From Octopus sinensis (taxonomy: Eukaryota): a stretch of 64,000 nucleotides of DNA. Positions 25,538 through 38,489 of the stretch are shown here, one piece after another; the first letter of the stretch is position 1; each line of letters starts with the position of its first letter. The translations under genes and the position numbers were made by a program. The stretch covers positions 27,280,001 through 27,344,000 of the forward strand of contig NC_042999.1 of assembly GCF_006345805.1 (NCBI RefSeq), read 5' to 3'. The notes under the pieces are model-generated. The model saw only the letters and a program-made list of their open reading frames with translations. It did not search any database and was not told where the DNA came from.

Positions 25538-26203
25538 TGGTTGCCGGCAGGATTTTGTTGCTCTGTAAGGATTTTTTATCCTATATATGCTATTTTATCA
25601 GTATTTATGCGTTGAAAAATATATCTAATTGTGCTACAATACATTTCAGCGCTTCAAAAACAAACATATTTGTTTACATATGAGGTAAACGTGTTAACAG
25701 TTTTGATTTTATAATGCTGACAAATTAACCCCTGTAGATATTGGCCAACTCTGTCCTGTCTTGATTTATAATCAACAGGTGCTAAAATTTGTCCACTATT
25801 TCAATCCCATCAGTGCGCAATCAGCATTTTGGATCTATTGCAATTTTCTCACATTAGCTTGGTGGTTCCGGATCAATAAGCTTTGATATTGAGCAGATAA
25901 AAAGAAGCCTTGGCGCTTTGCCTTTGGCCCTGAACTTCGTGGCCACTAAGGAGTGCCCTTCTGGTGAACATCAGCTAGTATGCTACGGACCACATATTTG
26001 CCATGAAGAGATTTCTGATCCCACCTGCCAGCCAATTTTATGCCATTAATTTTACGTTCTTTGCAACAATTCACCATGCTTCCTTCAGGATATTCAGTTT
26101 AGCACCGAGTCGTTAGTTGTGCGAATATATTTGGCAAGTCTAGTTGTGGTGGTTTTCTAAGAAAATTCGAACTGGATCAAACCTCGGCCTCTTTAGACTC
26201 TGG

Positions 26204-26363
26204 TAAGGTGGCGCATCTTAGAGGTCGACTTTGCCTTTCATCCTTTCGGGGTCGATTAAATAAGTATCAGTTACGCACTGGGGTCGATGTAATCGGCTTA
26301 ATCCGTTTGTCTGTCCTTGTTTGTCCCCTCTGTGTTTAGCCCCTTGTGGGTAGTAAAGAAATA
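26204..26363 (+). mobile_element. SINE family B with internal deletion
   Basis: AAGGTGGCG head joined to GAGGTCGACTTTGCC...GGGTAGTAAAGAAATA; nearly identical to the 29663 copy. Confidence 0.85.
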
Positions 26364-26744
26364 GGTATTTTTCAACCATGTTCTTTATTTTTTGATTGCA
26401 TTGATGTTCCAATTCAACAAAATGAAGCTGTGATAACGATTGGAAATGCTTTGGAATTTCTGGCCAACACCTTGTTATGTGCACCTACTTCAGATATCAG
26501 AAGCGCTCGAAATCTCCTATATCATTCCTTTATGGTCTTCTGTTTCGTGCTATCATGCTGAATACCTGGGCTTTCATTTATTCCTAGGTATTTATAGGTT
26601 TCTTACTGTTCATGTCCTGATATTCCAATGTGAACATCTAACACGACTGAATTTGAGGTTTTCAAGTTCCCTTTCTCCGAAGTGGCTTAGGCACACTTAT
26701 CAAGATAAAACTCCATCCTGATGTCATCACTTAATATTATTATT

Positions 26745-26950
26745 ATGCCAAAGTGACACGATCGTTAGCAAGTGGGACAAAACTTTTAACGGCATTTCAT
26801 TCGCCTTTACGTTCTGAGTTCAAACTCCACCGAGGTGGAGCTCACATCGTATCTTTTGGGGGTCGATGAACTAAATACCAGTTAAGCAATGGGCTCTTTG
26901 TAATTTACTAGCCTCTTCGGTTGAATGTTCAGGCCTTGTGGGCATTGTTC
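26745..26950 (+). mobile_element. SINE family B, degraded
   Basis: tcgttagc...ttacgttctgagttcaaactccaccgaggt. Confidence 0.6.
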
Positions 26951-27774
26951 CTTAATAGAAAATATCGTTATTATTATTTCACCGAACTGGACACAATCGT
27001 TAGCTCATCGGATAAAATGCTTAGCAGCATTTCTTCCGACAGATTATGTCTACCTCACAAGAACTGAGAATACAAAGAATCGGGAAAATTCCGCAAACAA
27101 TCTAATTTGCAATCCTAAAACGTTCACATTTCTAAGGATGGAAATTTGTGTAACTAGTTGAGATTTGAAAACAGGGCACGATAATTAATGCAACAAAGTA
27201 TTTCGCATTAAGCTCTAACATCTCGCCATTCAATGTCTGGGAATTGCATAATTTGTTAGGAAGCATTATATGATTTGTTAGGAAGAATCGAAGGAAGCAT
27301 TTTGACATTTAAAACTCTTTGTGAAGAAAGACACAGAGATGTATGGTGGTTTTTCTCCGGAAAGTATTTCTGATCATATATATTATTCTTCATTGAATAC
27401 ATTCAGCAAGTGTATCACAGAGATATATGTGTAATAAACAAAGTGATAGTAATTAGGGTTCAGCTGTTATTCAAGACGTGGAAAAAAAGTTGAATGGCTG
27501 CATAAAAAATATAAGAGTCGTGGCACTAATGTCAATGATTAGGATGACAATGAAAACAGAACAACAAATTTTCCATCGTTTCACACTTGTTTGAAAATGT
27601 GGTAAGATAAAAATTGTAAAAAAAAAACAATTGTGTTGAGAAGGAAACAAAATCAATATTTGAGCTCAAAGGTCGCTGTGTGCATATTTGCTGATTCTAG
27701 CGTAAACCATGGCATGAAAGAAATTACAGGTAATATATATATATATGTGTGTATGTGTGTGTGTGTGTGTGTGT

Positions 27775-27825
<51 letters not shown>

Positions 27826-28136
27826 GTGAATTTGTTAAAGTGTAATCCCTGATTCGTATCGTCGTTCCTATTTGGCAAATGGTAATCAATATATTGCACA
27901 CAATTTTAAAGAAAATACAGAGAATTCATTATATGCTTTAACAGCTCGACGTTTATTTTTTCTTTAAAATATTACGCTTTTAAATTAGGTTAGTATGACT
28001 GAATACTGCTTTTACAGTCATTAAGTTTTGAATCACACGCGCATGCAAACACACACACACACACATACGTACATAATACATACATACATAAATACATACA
28101 TACATACATACATACATACATACATTCATACATACA

Positions 28137-28167
<31 letters not shown>

Positions 28168-28194
28168 TCACCCACTCATACACACCTGGACAGA

Positions 28195-28545
28195 CAGGTT
28201 GATGCCACCTAACAATGTCGTAGGACGTTGGACAGATGGCCTGGAGAAATTGCTCGGTGTCTGTTTCAGCCCGGGTCTCCAAATAGACAGAAAATGGAGT
28301 GAGGTTACGAGTAGGGTCGCCAATCTCACCCAGAAATGAGCCGAGAGGAATCTGTCTCTGAAAAGGGAGGGCGGAGGTAGCGAATGTGTTTATCGCATCC
28401 GTCATTACCTACCGCCTAACCGTCGTACCTTGCCCAGATTCATGTCTGGTCAAGCTGGAGCGCCTGCTTTTCCTGTTTTGTGGAGAGACAGAGGTCTATT
28501 GGTCAGACGCGCTGTTTGCTGTCAACTACCGCTAAATAGAGGGCT
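28195..28545 (+). mobile_element. L1/Tx1-clade LINE RT fragment
   Basis: KLLGVCFSPGLQIDRKWSEVTSRV, then in a shifted frame RAEVANVFIASVITYRLTVVPCP...KLERLLF. Confidence 0.7.
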
Positions 28546-28550
28546 GGGCA

Positions 28551-28678
28551 TTTATCGACCCCGAAAGGATGAAAGGCAAAGTCGACCTCGGCGGAATTTG
28601 AACTCACAACATAACGCAGACGAAATATCGCTAAGCATTTCGCCCGGTGTGCTAACGTTCCTTCCAGCTCGCCGCCTT
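28551..28678 (-). mobile_element. SINE family B, 5' half
   Basis: Reverse complement of 29663-29790. Confidence 0.85.
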
Positions 28679-28941
28679 AACGTACTTGAACGTACTACCG
28701 TAGTCTCCTGCTTGAGAGCAGTGCTAGGCTGTGGTCTGTGAGGTTTCCACGTTCAACATTTCATCTTGTTGTCTCATCATTATGCCATGTCTAATTTTTA
28801 TCTCGTTATTTCTTTTCGTTCTTCCATCTGCCCATTCAACACTGTTGTAGACCCTAAATGTCCTTGTCTGTCCTGTATTGTCTCTCTGTGTCGGCCCTAG
28901 TGGCTAATAAAGAATTAAATTTCTTGCTCAACAATCACACA

Positions 28942-29072
28942 GAGGTGCATGGCTTAGTGGTTAGAGTGTTGCACTCACGATTGCTAGATAGTGGTTTCGA
29001 TTTCCAGTCCGGGCATTGCGTTGTGTTCTTGAGCAAAAAGCGTCCTTTCACGTTGTTCTGCGACATGGTGCA
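28942..29072 (+). mobile_element. SINE family C, 5' part
   Basis: ggtgcatggcttagtggttagag...ttgtgttcttgagcaa. Confidence 0.75.
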
Positions 29073-29202
29073 CCTGTACAGATGATGTCGATTTGAAGGT
29101 GAAGTGAGTTTATGTGAACACGAACATTTGGTCACTATAAACAAAATATATACATATATATACTCTTACACACACGCACACACATACATACACACACATG
29201 CG

Positions 29203-29277
<75 letters not shown>

Positions 29278-29306
29278 ATATGCGTGTGTGCATATATGAG
29301 TAATCA

Positions 29307-29586
29307 CCTTCGGTCATGAATGACTATGGAACTGCACCTACAAAGTTACCCTCCGAGGTACAAAGTCCAGGTAAGGTTGTTTATGGAAGACCAGTGGTCG
29401 TCCATGCATACCAGCCTCCGGTCTCCACGCCATCGACTTTATCCAAAGAAAAGGCAAAGAACGATACAGCTTGGCACCAGTGATATCGCAACTAATTTCT
29501 ACGGCTGATTGAACTGAAGCAACGTGAAATAAAGTGTCTTGCTCAAGAACACAACACGCAGCCCGGTCTACTGAGCCATGCACCTT
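29307..29586 (-). mobile_element. SINE family C
   Basis: Reverse complement of 7455-7737, with part of the head deleted. Confidence 0.8.
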
Positions 29587-29662
29587 TACATGTGCGTGTA
29601 TATATACATATATATCTGTGTGTGTGTATACATATATATATGTATACATATATATATGTATA

Positions 29663-29892
29663 AGGTGGCGAGCTGGCAGAATCGTTAGCACACCGGGCGA
29701 AATGCTTAGCGGTATTTCGTCTGTCGTTACGTTCTGAGTTCAAATTCCGCCAAGGTCGACTTTCCCTTTCATCCTTTCGGGGTCGATAAATAAAGTACCA
29801 GTTCGCACTGGTGTCGATGTAATCGACTTAATTCCTTTGTCTGTCCTTGTTTGTCTCCTCTATGTTTAGCCCCTTGTGGGTAGTAAAGAAAT
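29663..29892 (+). mobile_element. tRNA-derived SINE, family B, full length
   Basis: A-box-like TGGCAGAATCG, B box GAGTTCAAATTC, tail CCCCTTGTGGGTAGTAAAGAAATA; more than 10 homologues in the window. Confidence 0.9.
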
Positions 29893-29912
29893 ATATATAT
29901 ATGTGAATATAC

Positions 29913-29961
<49 letters not shown>

Positions 29962-30652
29962 CGTGTACATACACACTCGATCCTACACATATACAGGATA
30001 GGTCTATTGTCCTTGTCAGTGCTGTACTCTATTCAATAGTTACTGCTCAGATTTTCCTTTAAAGATGTACTATGTTGCAGAGTTAGGAAATGACAACTTC
30101 ATAATTATCTGAATCAACAACTAATTCTTCCCATTGATATATATAATACATGCGGCTTCTATTTTCTTTGCTTTAATTAAGTTGCCGATGAAATTTTCAA
30201 TGTTTGTCGGTTTCATTAAACGTTTTAAATCAATATCAATTTATACTTCAGTTTAAGTCAACAAGTCTGACTTAGCATAACTCCTGCTAATAACAAGTTA
30301 AACAGATATTTTCGTTTTATACAAATTTATCTTCTATATATTGAAAATAATCTATTTAATTTTATTGCTGATACTATTTTATTGCCGGTTGCTATCTTTA
30401 GCAAAAGTATATATATTTTTTGTTTTTGTTCACAAAGAAAATATTCGTTCAGCTATTAAGTATTTGAACAGTATTTTTGTTGCTGTCGCTGATGCTTTGA
30501 TGCATACGAACGTAGCACACAGCAACTAAAATAAGGTCGGCTTGTTTATTGATATGGAGCCAAAGCTAAAGATGCGCTATCACAAACCCCTGTCTTTTTT
30601 ACAGCTGCTACAATAGACACCGTTTCTCGGGTCAAGCGGATCTTGCGTTTCA

Positions 30653-30729
<77 letters not shown>

Positions 30730-30837
30730 ATATCGTCACCACATCTCTCCAGAATATGAATTAAGCACTCCACACCATTTTCCTTCCCTCCAAAAGACCC
30801 TCCCTGCTAATTTATATGCTATTATTGATTTGCAGTT

Positions 30838-31244
30838 ACTCTTTACTCTTTTACTTGTTTCAGTCATTTGAGCGACCATGCTGGAGCACCGCCTTTAGTC
30901 GAGAAACTCGACCCCGGGACTTATTCTTTGTAAGCCCAGTACTTATTCTATCGGTCCCTTTTGCCGAACCGCTAAGTGACGGGTACGTAAACACACCAGC
31001 ATTGGTTGTCAAGCAATGCTAGGGGGACAAACACAGACACACAAACATACACACAAATACATATATATATATACATATATACGACGGGCTTCTTTCAGTT
31101 TCCGTCTACCAAATCCACTCACAAGGCATTGGTTGGCCCGGGGCTATAGCAGAAGACACTCGCCCAAGATGCCACGCAGTGAGACTGAACCCGGAACCAT
31201 GTGGTTGGTTAGCAAGCTACTTACCACACAGCCACTCCTGCGCC
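30838..31244 (-). mobile_element. SINE family A, full length
   Basis: Colinear with 55692-56103. Confidence 0.9.
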
Positions 31245-31694
31245 TATTTGTTCAAGAAATGTATCAACCACATGATGTCATTCAGACTACATCATTAAAA
31301 TTTATTTTTAAAAATATTAAAATAATATCAAATTCCATTATCAATGGAAGCAGCAACTTATTGTGATACTGTCTTTATTTATGTTTGATGGAATAAACCT
31401 TGCCTAAAATTTGATATGTTAGACATTCCGTAGTTTCTTCTAGTTATAACATAACTGATCACATTGTCAAAATTTATCAGTCCCCTGGGATCTTTGAAAC
31501 ATTATATTTATAGAATAAATTTTATACATGCTATATATCCTATTTCTGTCCACTTTAACGTTTCTCCTCTGAATTTTTAAAAATCATTTTCCATTTATTT
31601 TGAAAGATACGCTAGTTATCACACGTTGTTGGATTTATAAATCGGCTTGGTGATGACTTAATTATTGAATAAATGAGTATAATTATTACTGCTG

Positions 31695-32930
31695 TTTCGA
31701 TGGCTGTTCATTAAAGATCTCCTCTTGCCCATTTCTGGTTATTGCAGGATATGGAACTTGTACAGGTATAATTATACATGTCAAATTGTAAATTGCACCT
31801 TTCAAATAGTATTCGTTTATCTTTACGGTTGCTGAAGTGGATTAAAGTGTTATGATGGTGGCATTTGAATGCAAATCAGTGATCAGGTTCTTATACATGA
31901 AAGGTCGCACACCAAAAGCGATGAGATGAAAGATGTTTATGGTCACGATGCATCATCATACGCCGTAGACAAGCACTGGTACCACCAGTTCAAATGTGGT
32001 CGGACATCAATGGAAACTGCTCCTATTCGTGGACGGCCACATTCCGTCAGTGAAAGCGACACCATCCATAAAGTGGAAGCCACCATTTTGGAGGATCAAG
32101 AAGTGAAAATAAGTGTTGGATTCCAGAAAAGAATCATTGACGACCATCTGCATATACGGAAGTTGCTGTCTGCACGATGCATTCCCTGGATACTCACACC
32201 TTTTCAGATGCAGGAACGAGTCAATTGCTTCCAGGTTCTTTTGGCAATGTGCCAAGAAAACAAGGAGGACTTTTTCGGCAGACTTATCATACAGAATGAA
32301 ACATGGCTCCGTTAACAATGACCTTGAGACTAAAGTCCAGTCGAAGCAATGGAGGTATATATTTCAACCTCCAAAGAATACTCGTGTCCAACCCACAGCA
32401 GGCTAAGTGATGCTCAGTCTGTTGGGACCAATGCGGAGAAGTGATGACGGATTTTCTGGCAATGGGCACCACAATTATGTTTCACTGCTGCAGAAATCAC
32501 AGGACGCCATCAAAATAGAGAGCCGTGGCATGCTGATCAAAGGAGCCCATCTCCTCCAAGACAACAGCCAAGTTCACAATGCGCATGTTCTCCAGATGAA
32601 AGCACCCTCCTGCGGCTATGAAACCCTTCTTCATCCACCTTACTCTCCCTACCTCGCACCATCTGACTTCCACCGCTTTCCAACCATGAAGTCTTTTTTG
32701 AAAGAGAAGCACTTTTCGGGTGATGAACTTATTTCCGAGGTAAATTCGTGGCTCTGGACGCAACCTACCAACTTCTGCAGACGAGGTCTTCAGAGCTGCA
32801 TAAAGTGATGGAAGAAGTGTGTCACCACTGGTGGTGGCTAGGTAAAGAAGGACTAATAATTATGCCAAGTTTCGGCTATCGCAGTCCATGGGAAGTGGAT
32901 GAGAGGAAATTATAATGAACACCTCTCTTA
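31695..32930 (+). mobile_element. Mariner-family transposon (DD34D), decayed; transposase ~31869-32850
   Basis: RGRP, CIPWILT, QNETW, QDNSQVH...HPPYSPYLAPSD with 34 residues D to D; degraded TIR similarity tgttcatta...tcctct at both ends. Confidence 0.9.
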
Positions 32931-33829
32931 AGTACACAACCACATTTTCTAGGGGATCAGTGAAATCGATTAATTGTAACCTATTCGTAACTATCTTCAT
33001 AGTTTCGAAATTGTTGAAAAGCAGAATAAATTGATCAAAACTAAATATTGCTCTCCATTTGCAAATTTGGTTAAGCGTACATCTGAGATATTGTAATATT
33101 ATGAAATTAAATGCAACTCTGATGTGTTTACCAAACAACGTGTATTCTTTCTATAAGCACAATATATGTGCTAACCTCGGCAACTTATATAGCGGATACG
33201 CTGTCCCTTGACGTGTGAACTAATGAACTTGTCAAACATATCACAGAATTATGTCGTCTTTTGACTTAGCGTAAAACAATTTGTCTGCAACACTAAATAT
33301 GTGTTAAACATACTAACAAGCCATAGCTAAGTAAATTTCATCTCATATATTGAACTATCAGATAAACATGAAACATTCCATTTTATTATGTTTCCTAGAA
33401 CACAGTTATTTTCACTAAGTCACAGCATTACGGTTTGGTTTTGCAAACAGATTCATACAGCGAGTGGTCCATGTAGACGTTTGGTTTACTATTGGCTCAC
33501 TGAGTCAATGCAGAATAATTAAATCCGAACGCAATGGCTGCAAAAACAAGGTATTTTGTTCAGGGTCCAGGTCTACTGTGTAACGGCTCCTCCTCAATTT
33601 TATTTTGTCTTCAAAGCCAGCCCTGTATTCATCCTCGAGGGGCAAGTCAGATGGGCTTCGTATATCTGCAAACTTCACCAGTGAGGATTATAGTTGACCT
33701 CTGCCAATGGCCAATGAGAAAGACACTAAGAAATATATTTAGAGTGACTAATAAGGCAGGTGATACAGAATGTATACATTTTAAAATCTTTTGTACTCAT
33801 GCCTAGTCTTTCCAGGAATCTTCCATCAA

Positions 33830-34100
33830 ACACTCCGATCTTGTCCATTCTTTTAAATATTTCCAACGTTCTTTACCTGCTTCCGTTCCATCTTTTTCCC
33901 CTAAAATAATTACTTAGTCTTATCTTCCTCTTTTGCTATCTACCATTATGTTGGAACATTTAGGACAAGGCGTGTACCTTGTCTATAGTTGATGAACATC
34001 ACTATATATAGTGATGTGTAATGTCAGCCAGCTCTCACTGTGTGTTTCTTACATGATCTTCCCACTTGATTCCAAACATACTACACAAAGCGTTTTGTCA
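33830..34100 (-). mobile_element. RTE-like LINE remnant
   Basis: GIKWEDHVRNT in one frame; rest heavily degraded. Confidence 0.45.
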
Positions 34101-34180
34101 CAAAGTCAATGGTAGTCTCCCAAAATAGTAGAAATATATCGCTTTCACCGGCGATATATTTACCTTGTATGTTGTATATA

Positions 34181-34479
34181 TATTGTTTGCTCCTTCTCGA
34201 GTCACGCCTGGCTCATAAGGGCCTGTTTCTTTGGTGTATAGGTTCCCCACCTGGACGGGACGCCGGTCCACCGCAGGTGAGCTACAAGATGCAGGAGGAA
34301 AGAGTAAGAGAAAGTTGTGGCGAAAGAGTCAGCAGAAGTTTCGCCATTACCTTCTGCCGGAGCCGCGTGGAGCTTAGGTGTTTCGCTCATAAACACACAC
34401 ATCGTCCGGTCTGAGATTCGAACCCGCGATCCCTCGACTGCGAGTCCGCTGCTCTAACCACTAGGTCATGTGCATCCAC
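34181..34479 (-). mobile_element. tRNA-derived SINE, family D (tail type 1)
   Basis: Head TGACCTAGTGGTTAGAGCAGCGGACTCGC...GGGTTCGAATC; ~185 nt shared with the 59155 copy. Confidence 0.85.
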
Positions 34480-36884
34480 ACCTTTTATGTGCGTGTCGAG
34501 AAATAGTTGAATTTCCACGTAAGATTTAACATGCCCATTTCTTGCTTGACCTTTTAATTCTTCTCGCAAGCTCTAAACCAAAGTTTTACAACCGCGGTTC
34601 TCAACTAACATGATCAGTGACTTTTCTTCTGCGCTGCGACTAGATGGATTGATATAGTTTATAATCTTCATTTTTCCCTTGGAACATATTATGTGCAAAC
34701 CAGTTTCTCTTAATTCTCATGTTAAGCTATGTGATATCCGTTGCATTTATTTGAGGCTTTGTTTCAACATAATCTAGATTAGCTGGCATCTACGACACAT
34801 TACATAAATACTTCACAGCACAATTATCTCCATTGTATTTTAACTCACACACAAGAATTAGGGAGACAATATACACGATATTAGAGCACCAAAAACTACT
34901 TAAGAGTTCGTCTCCGGTTATCAAAAACAACGTTTCTTTTACGAATGTTTGGAATTATATTAATGTATTTCCGATATGTACCAGATCTTATCATTAACTT
35001 GTGATATTCTATCAAAGCAAGCATGAAACGTAGCAAGACATAGTCTTAACAGAGACCTCACTTCATTTCTCTCTTGTGTAATATGCTTTATTATATGCCC
35101 ACCAGATATCTCAATTCTGAAACCTGATTATTCCTTCCTCAGAATGTTATCGACTCTGGATTCATTTCTACTTAAGATCACACAGCAGAACAACTTCATG
35201 ACCGCAGGGAGCAGTGTAATATCCCTTAAGTTCCAACACTCAGACACGTCTTTTTCACGTATTTTAATTACAATAGTTATATTTCAACCTCTGTTCTTTA
35301 CATTCAATTTTAAGTGTTTCGCTCGCAACAAAGAAAGAGGTTAAAAATTTAGCCGAAATGAATGATGGTCACTACAATGTCGAAACAATGTCTGGTACGG
35401 ATACAATGAAAACAATTAAAAAACAATTAAAACGAAATAGCAAACTTTCGTTTTAGCAGTATTTGTTTTTATATATTGGAAATAGCAATTTCTGGTACAT
35501 GCGTGGATATATGATAAAAGAAATCCCTTCGCAACTAAATGGTTTGGGATTGTTCTTCTTGTGTGGTAGACATCTTAGGGTATAAGGGATTGTTTTTTTA
35601 CTATAGACTCAAGTCAGGTAAAAGTGAGTAAATTTATGAGTAAATGTGATGAAGGGAAACTTCCTGTGGCAGAGACAGTTCCTATTCTTGGGTTGTAGAA
35701 TTTATTCCATGCCTGGTACAACATCAACACTTATGCGTTGAGCAATTTTAGTGAAGATTACTCAAAAACAATTTTCGGATCATCTTTACTCCTCTCTCTC
35801 TCTCGGTCTCTCGGTCTCTCTCACCAGCCTCGGAGGCTCTGAATTATCTCCTAGGAGTTTTCGATGCTGCTATGTTTAACTGATATAGAAGTTATATAGT
35901 TCCGTATGAGGAAACAAAGCACACTTGTGTAAATCTGATTCGAGCAGACAAAATCCTCTTAGTAATCAGTTGTCATTCACTAAGTTCTTTTCATCACTTA
36001 GTCATTAATAATACCATGGTGTAGCTCATTCGCCCTTAACAAACAAAACATTCCGTAAACCAGCCTTTTATTTTTCATCTTTCAATCTAAGTTTATCAAA
36101 TCTGAATAATCACGATTTAGAAATAGCACAGGCTAATAAATTATATTTGTCAAAATCTGACGCAAGCTAATTTACTTTTTTCATTTTGATATAAGGTACA
36201 TAAATTTCGGTTTCATGGTTAAACTCTCGTCCGGGGTTATTAATACTTTATTGTTTGACGTGAGATTATTCGCGCCTTTTGTCTACGTTAAGTCTCTGCT
36301 GGACTGGCCATTTTTGTGTATAACAATACATCGAAATTTCTTAGGTGTTCAAATTTTTAAAATGTATAATATTCATTATATTAAAATTAATTTATCCATA
36401 AATGAGCTCCCTGCTACATTCGTGATTAGCCCCTCCTTTAAGGAACCGAAAAAGATTCTACATAACTACGTGATCTGCTGGTATTATTAAATGAAATTCT
36501 CATAAATGAGACCCTATCATTTTAAAGTACAAGAAATGCCTTTTAATATTCACCATCTGGTTTGTCATGAGACACCTGACTTCATGATTTATCATATACA
36601 ATCCTTTCAACACATCACCTAGATTTACTATAGACAACAATAGGACCTCTAAATGTTCATACGTGACGCTAGAAACAGCAACCAAGCCTTCCAAAATCTC
36701 ATCGACCATTTTTAAAAGGTTAGACACTTTAGATAATTTAGTCACAGATGCACAATCTTGGGATTAACGGAGTCTAAATAAGAACAACGTCCTTCCTTAT
36801 GGGATTATAATATCTGGAGTTCAGAAAGAAGTTTCAACATCTATAACAGTTTTGCTATAAACTACTATTAGTTTCGAGTTTTGG

Positions 36885-37070
36885 TACAATGCCAGCTATT
36901 TCCGGAGAGGAGTAAGTTGATTAAGCGCTCACCTGGTATTCATTTTATCAACCCGAAAGATGAATTGTAAAGCTGTTTCCGATGGTATTTGAAATGAAAA
37001 CTAAAATCGGAAGAAATGTCACTAAGTATTTTTTTCCGGTGTGGTAATGATTCTGCTGGCTCAGCGCCTT
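36885..37070 (-). mobile_element. SINE family B, old and degraded
   Basis: ttttatcaacccgaaagatgaa...gattctgctggctcagcgcctt. Confidence 0.5.
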
Positions 37071-37439
37071 TTGTTACGAACTTAAATTGATTGTCTGAAA
37101 TGTCAGTGTTTAATTATAAAAAAGTATCACAAAAATGTAATTTCTTACTGAGCTTTCAATATAACATTTAATAATACATTCTTTTCAACTTTCTAAAAAA
37201 AAGCTGAGTTATTAATAAAATAGTTTAAAGATTCATTTTCACAATAAAACAGATAAAAAAAATAAGACTTATCAAATGATTAATCTTATGTTCATAGGTG
37301 GTTGTAGCTCTTTTCATTATTGTGTCCAGATTGACTCTGATTAAGTAGATCTATGGAAGACCAAAGATATTTTAGTCATGGCCAGCTCATTTTCAATAGA
37401 ATATCTCGAACTATATTCTCTAATATAATTCTCTAGTCG

Positions 37440-37630
37440 CCATAATAGATCGTTAGCCACTACACACATTTTTTTCTCTCCTTGTTTTTTCTGTGTCCCT
37501 TTCTGTAGAAGAGCGTAGGCTGGAAACGTAAAAGACTTTTTTCTATTCCTGAGCGTTATACTAATACATCTGTTTGTTTTGTACACCACCTGTCTTCGTC
37601 GTTTGTTGTTTTTTCGTAAACTCTCCCTAT
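37440..37630 (+). mobile_element. PLE-type terminal repeat, copy 2 of 3
   Basis: Homologous to the 6875 and 58115 copies. Confidence 0.6.
37499..37534 (+). ncRNA. Minimal hammerhead-like motif, core CUGUAGA
   Basis: CUUU-CUGUAGA-A-GAGC(GUAG)GCUG-GAAA-C-GUA-AAAG; one stem II mismatch. Confidence 0.5.
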
Positions 37631-37851
37631 ATATTCTCTAATATATCCTTTTCTTTCACAAGACTGCTGAGTGTGACTTAGCCCTTTCCATATTTACACG
37701 CCTGAGATCGCCCCTTATTCTATCATATAAACTTCCTGTTTTAAAGGGATCTTAATTAAAACCTCCCATCAAAATGTGTTAATTTATGTTCTAACATCAG
37801 CTTAATAATGACAAAATTATTTTACTAAATTCTTTACTATTTTAAAGACTA

Positions 37852-38245
37852 TTAGCAGTATCGCCCGGCGTTGCTCGGGTTTGTAAGGGAAATAATTATA
37901 TAAGCATTTTTAGAGATGTAAAGTATAATAGCCATCTCAATATGGCTAACCACAAAGGGGGGTGTTACTGTAGCTTTTTACGTTCTGAGATTTAATAATA
38001 CATTTTTAGAGAGTTACTTCCCTTATATAATAGCAAAAAAATGCATTAAAAATGGGAAAAAATTAGGGTAATTTTTTTTTTAATCGTAGACTCATCGTAG
38101 ACACGCGCTAATACCCAGAAGGGCTCGATATGAATCACGACTATAAGATACCCGCTTCTGGTTACACTGCACCGCAAAATGTGGGAGTAGTTAGGAATCT
38201 AAATCGTAGGAGACAGACACACAACTTCACTTTTATATATAAAGA
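37852..38245 (-). mobile_element. Non-autonomous Helitron, copy 2
   Basis: Same termini as the 16287 copy (CTAG mutated to CTAA) but a different internal ~90-bp block. Confidence 0.85.
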
Positions 38246-38489
38246 TTTGCAACAATAGAAGTGTATGTCTACGGAAAAGTGTTTATAAAAAGGCCAAGGG
38301 AAATTAGCTTGAATTGCTTGCATGTTGAGTGACAATATAGAGATTTCCACGTAACCATTTCGGTAGATTTAATAGTGTTGTTTCACTCATCGTGATTAGC
38401 AAAAGATATTACTGTGTGCTGCATATACAATAGCTTAATTAGTGACAATAGGTTTATTTATAATTTACTAATCTTAAAATAGTGAGTCT

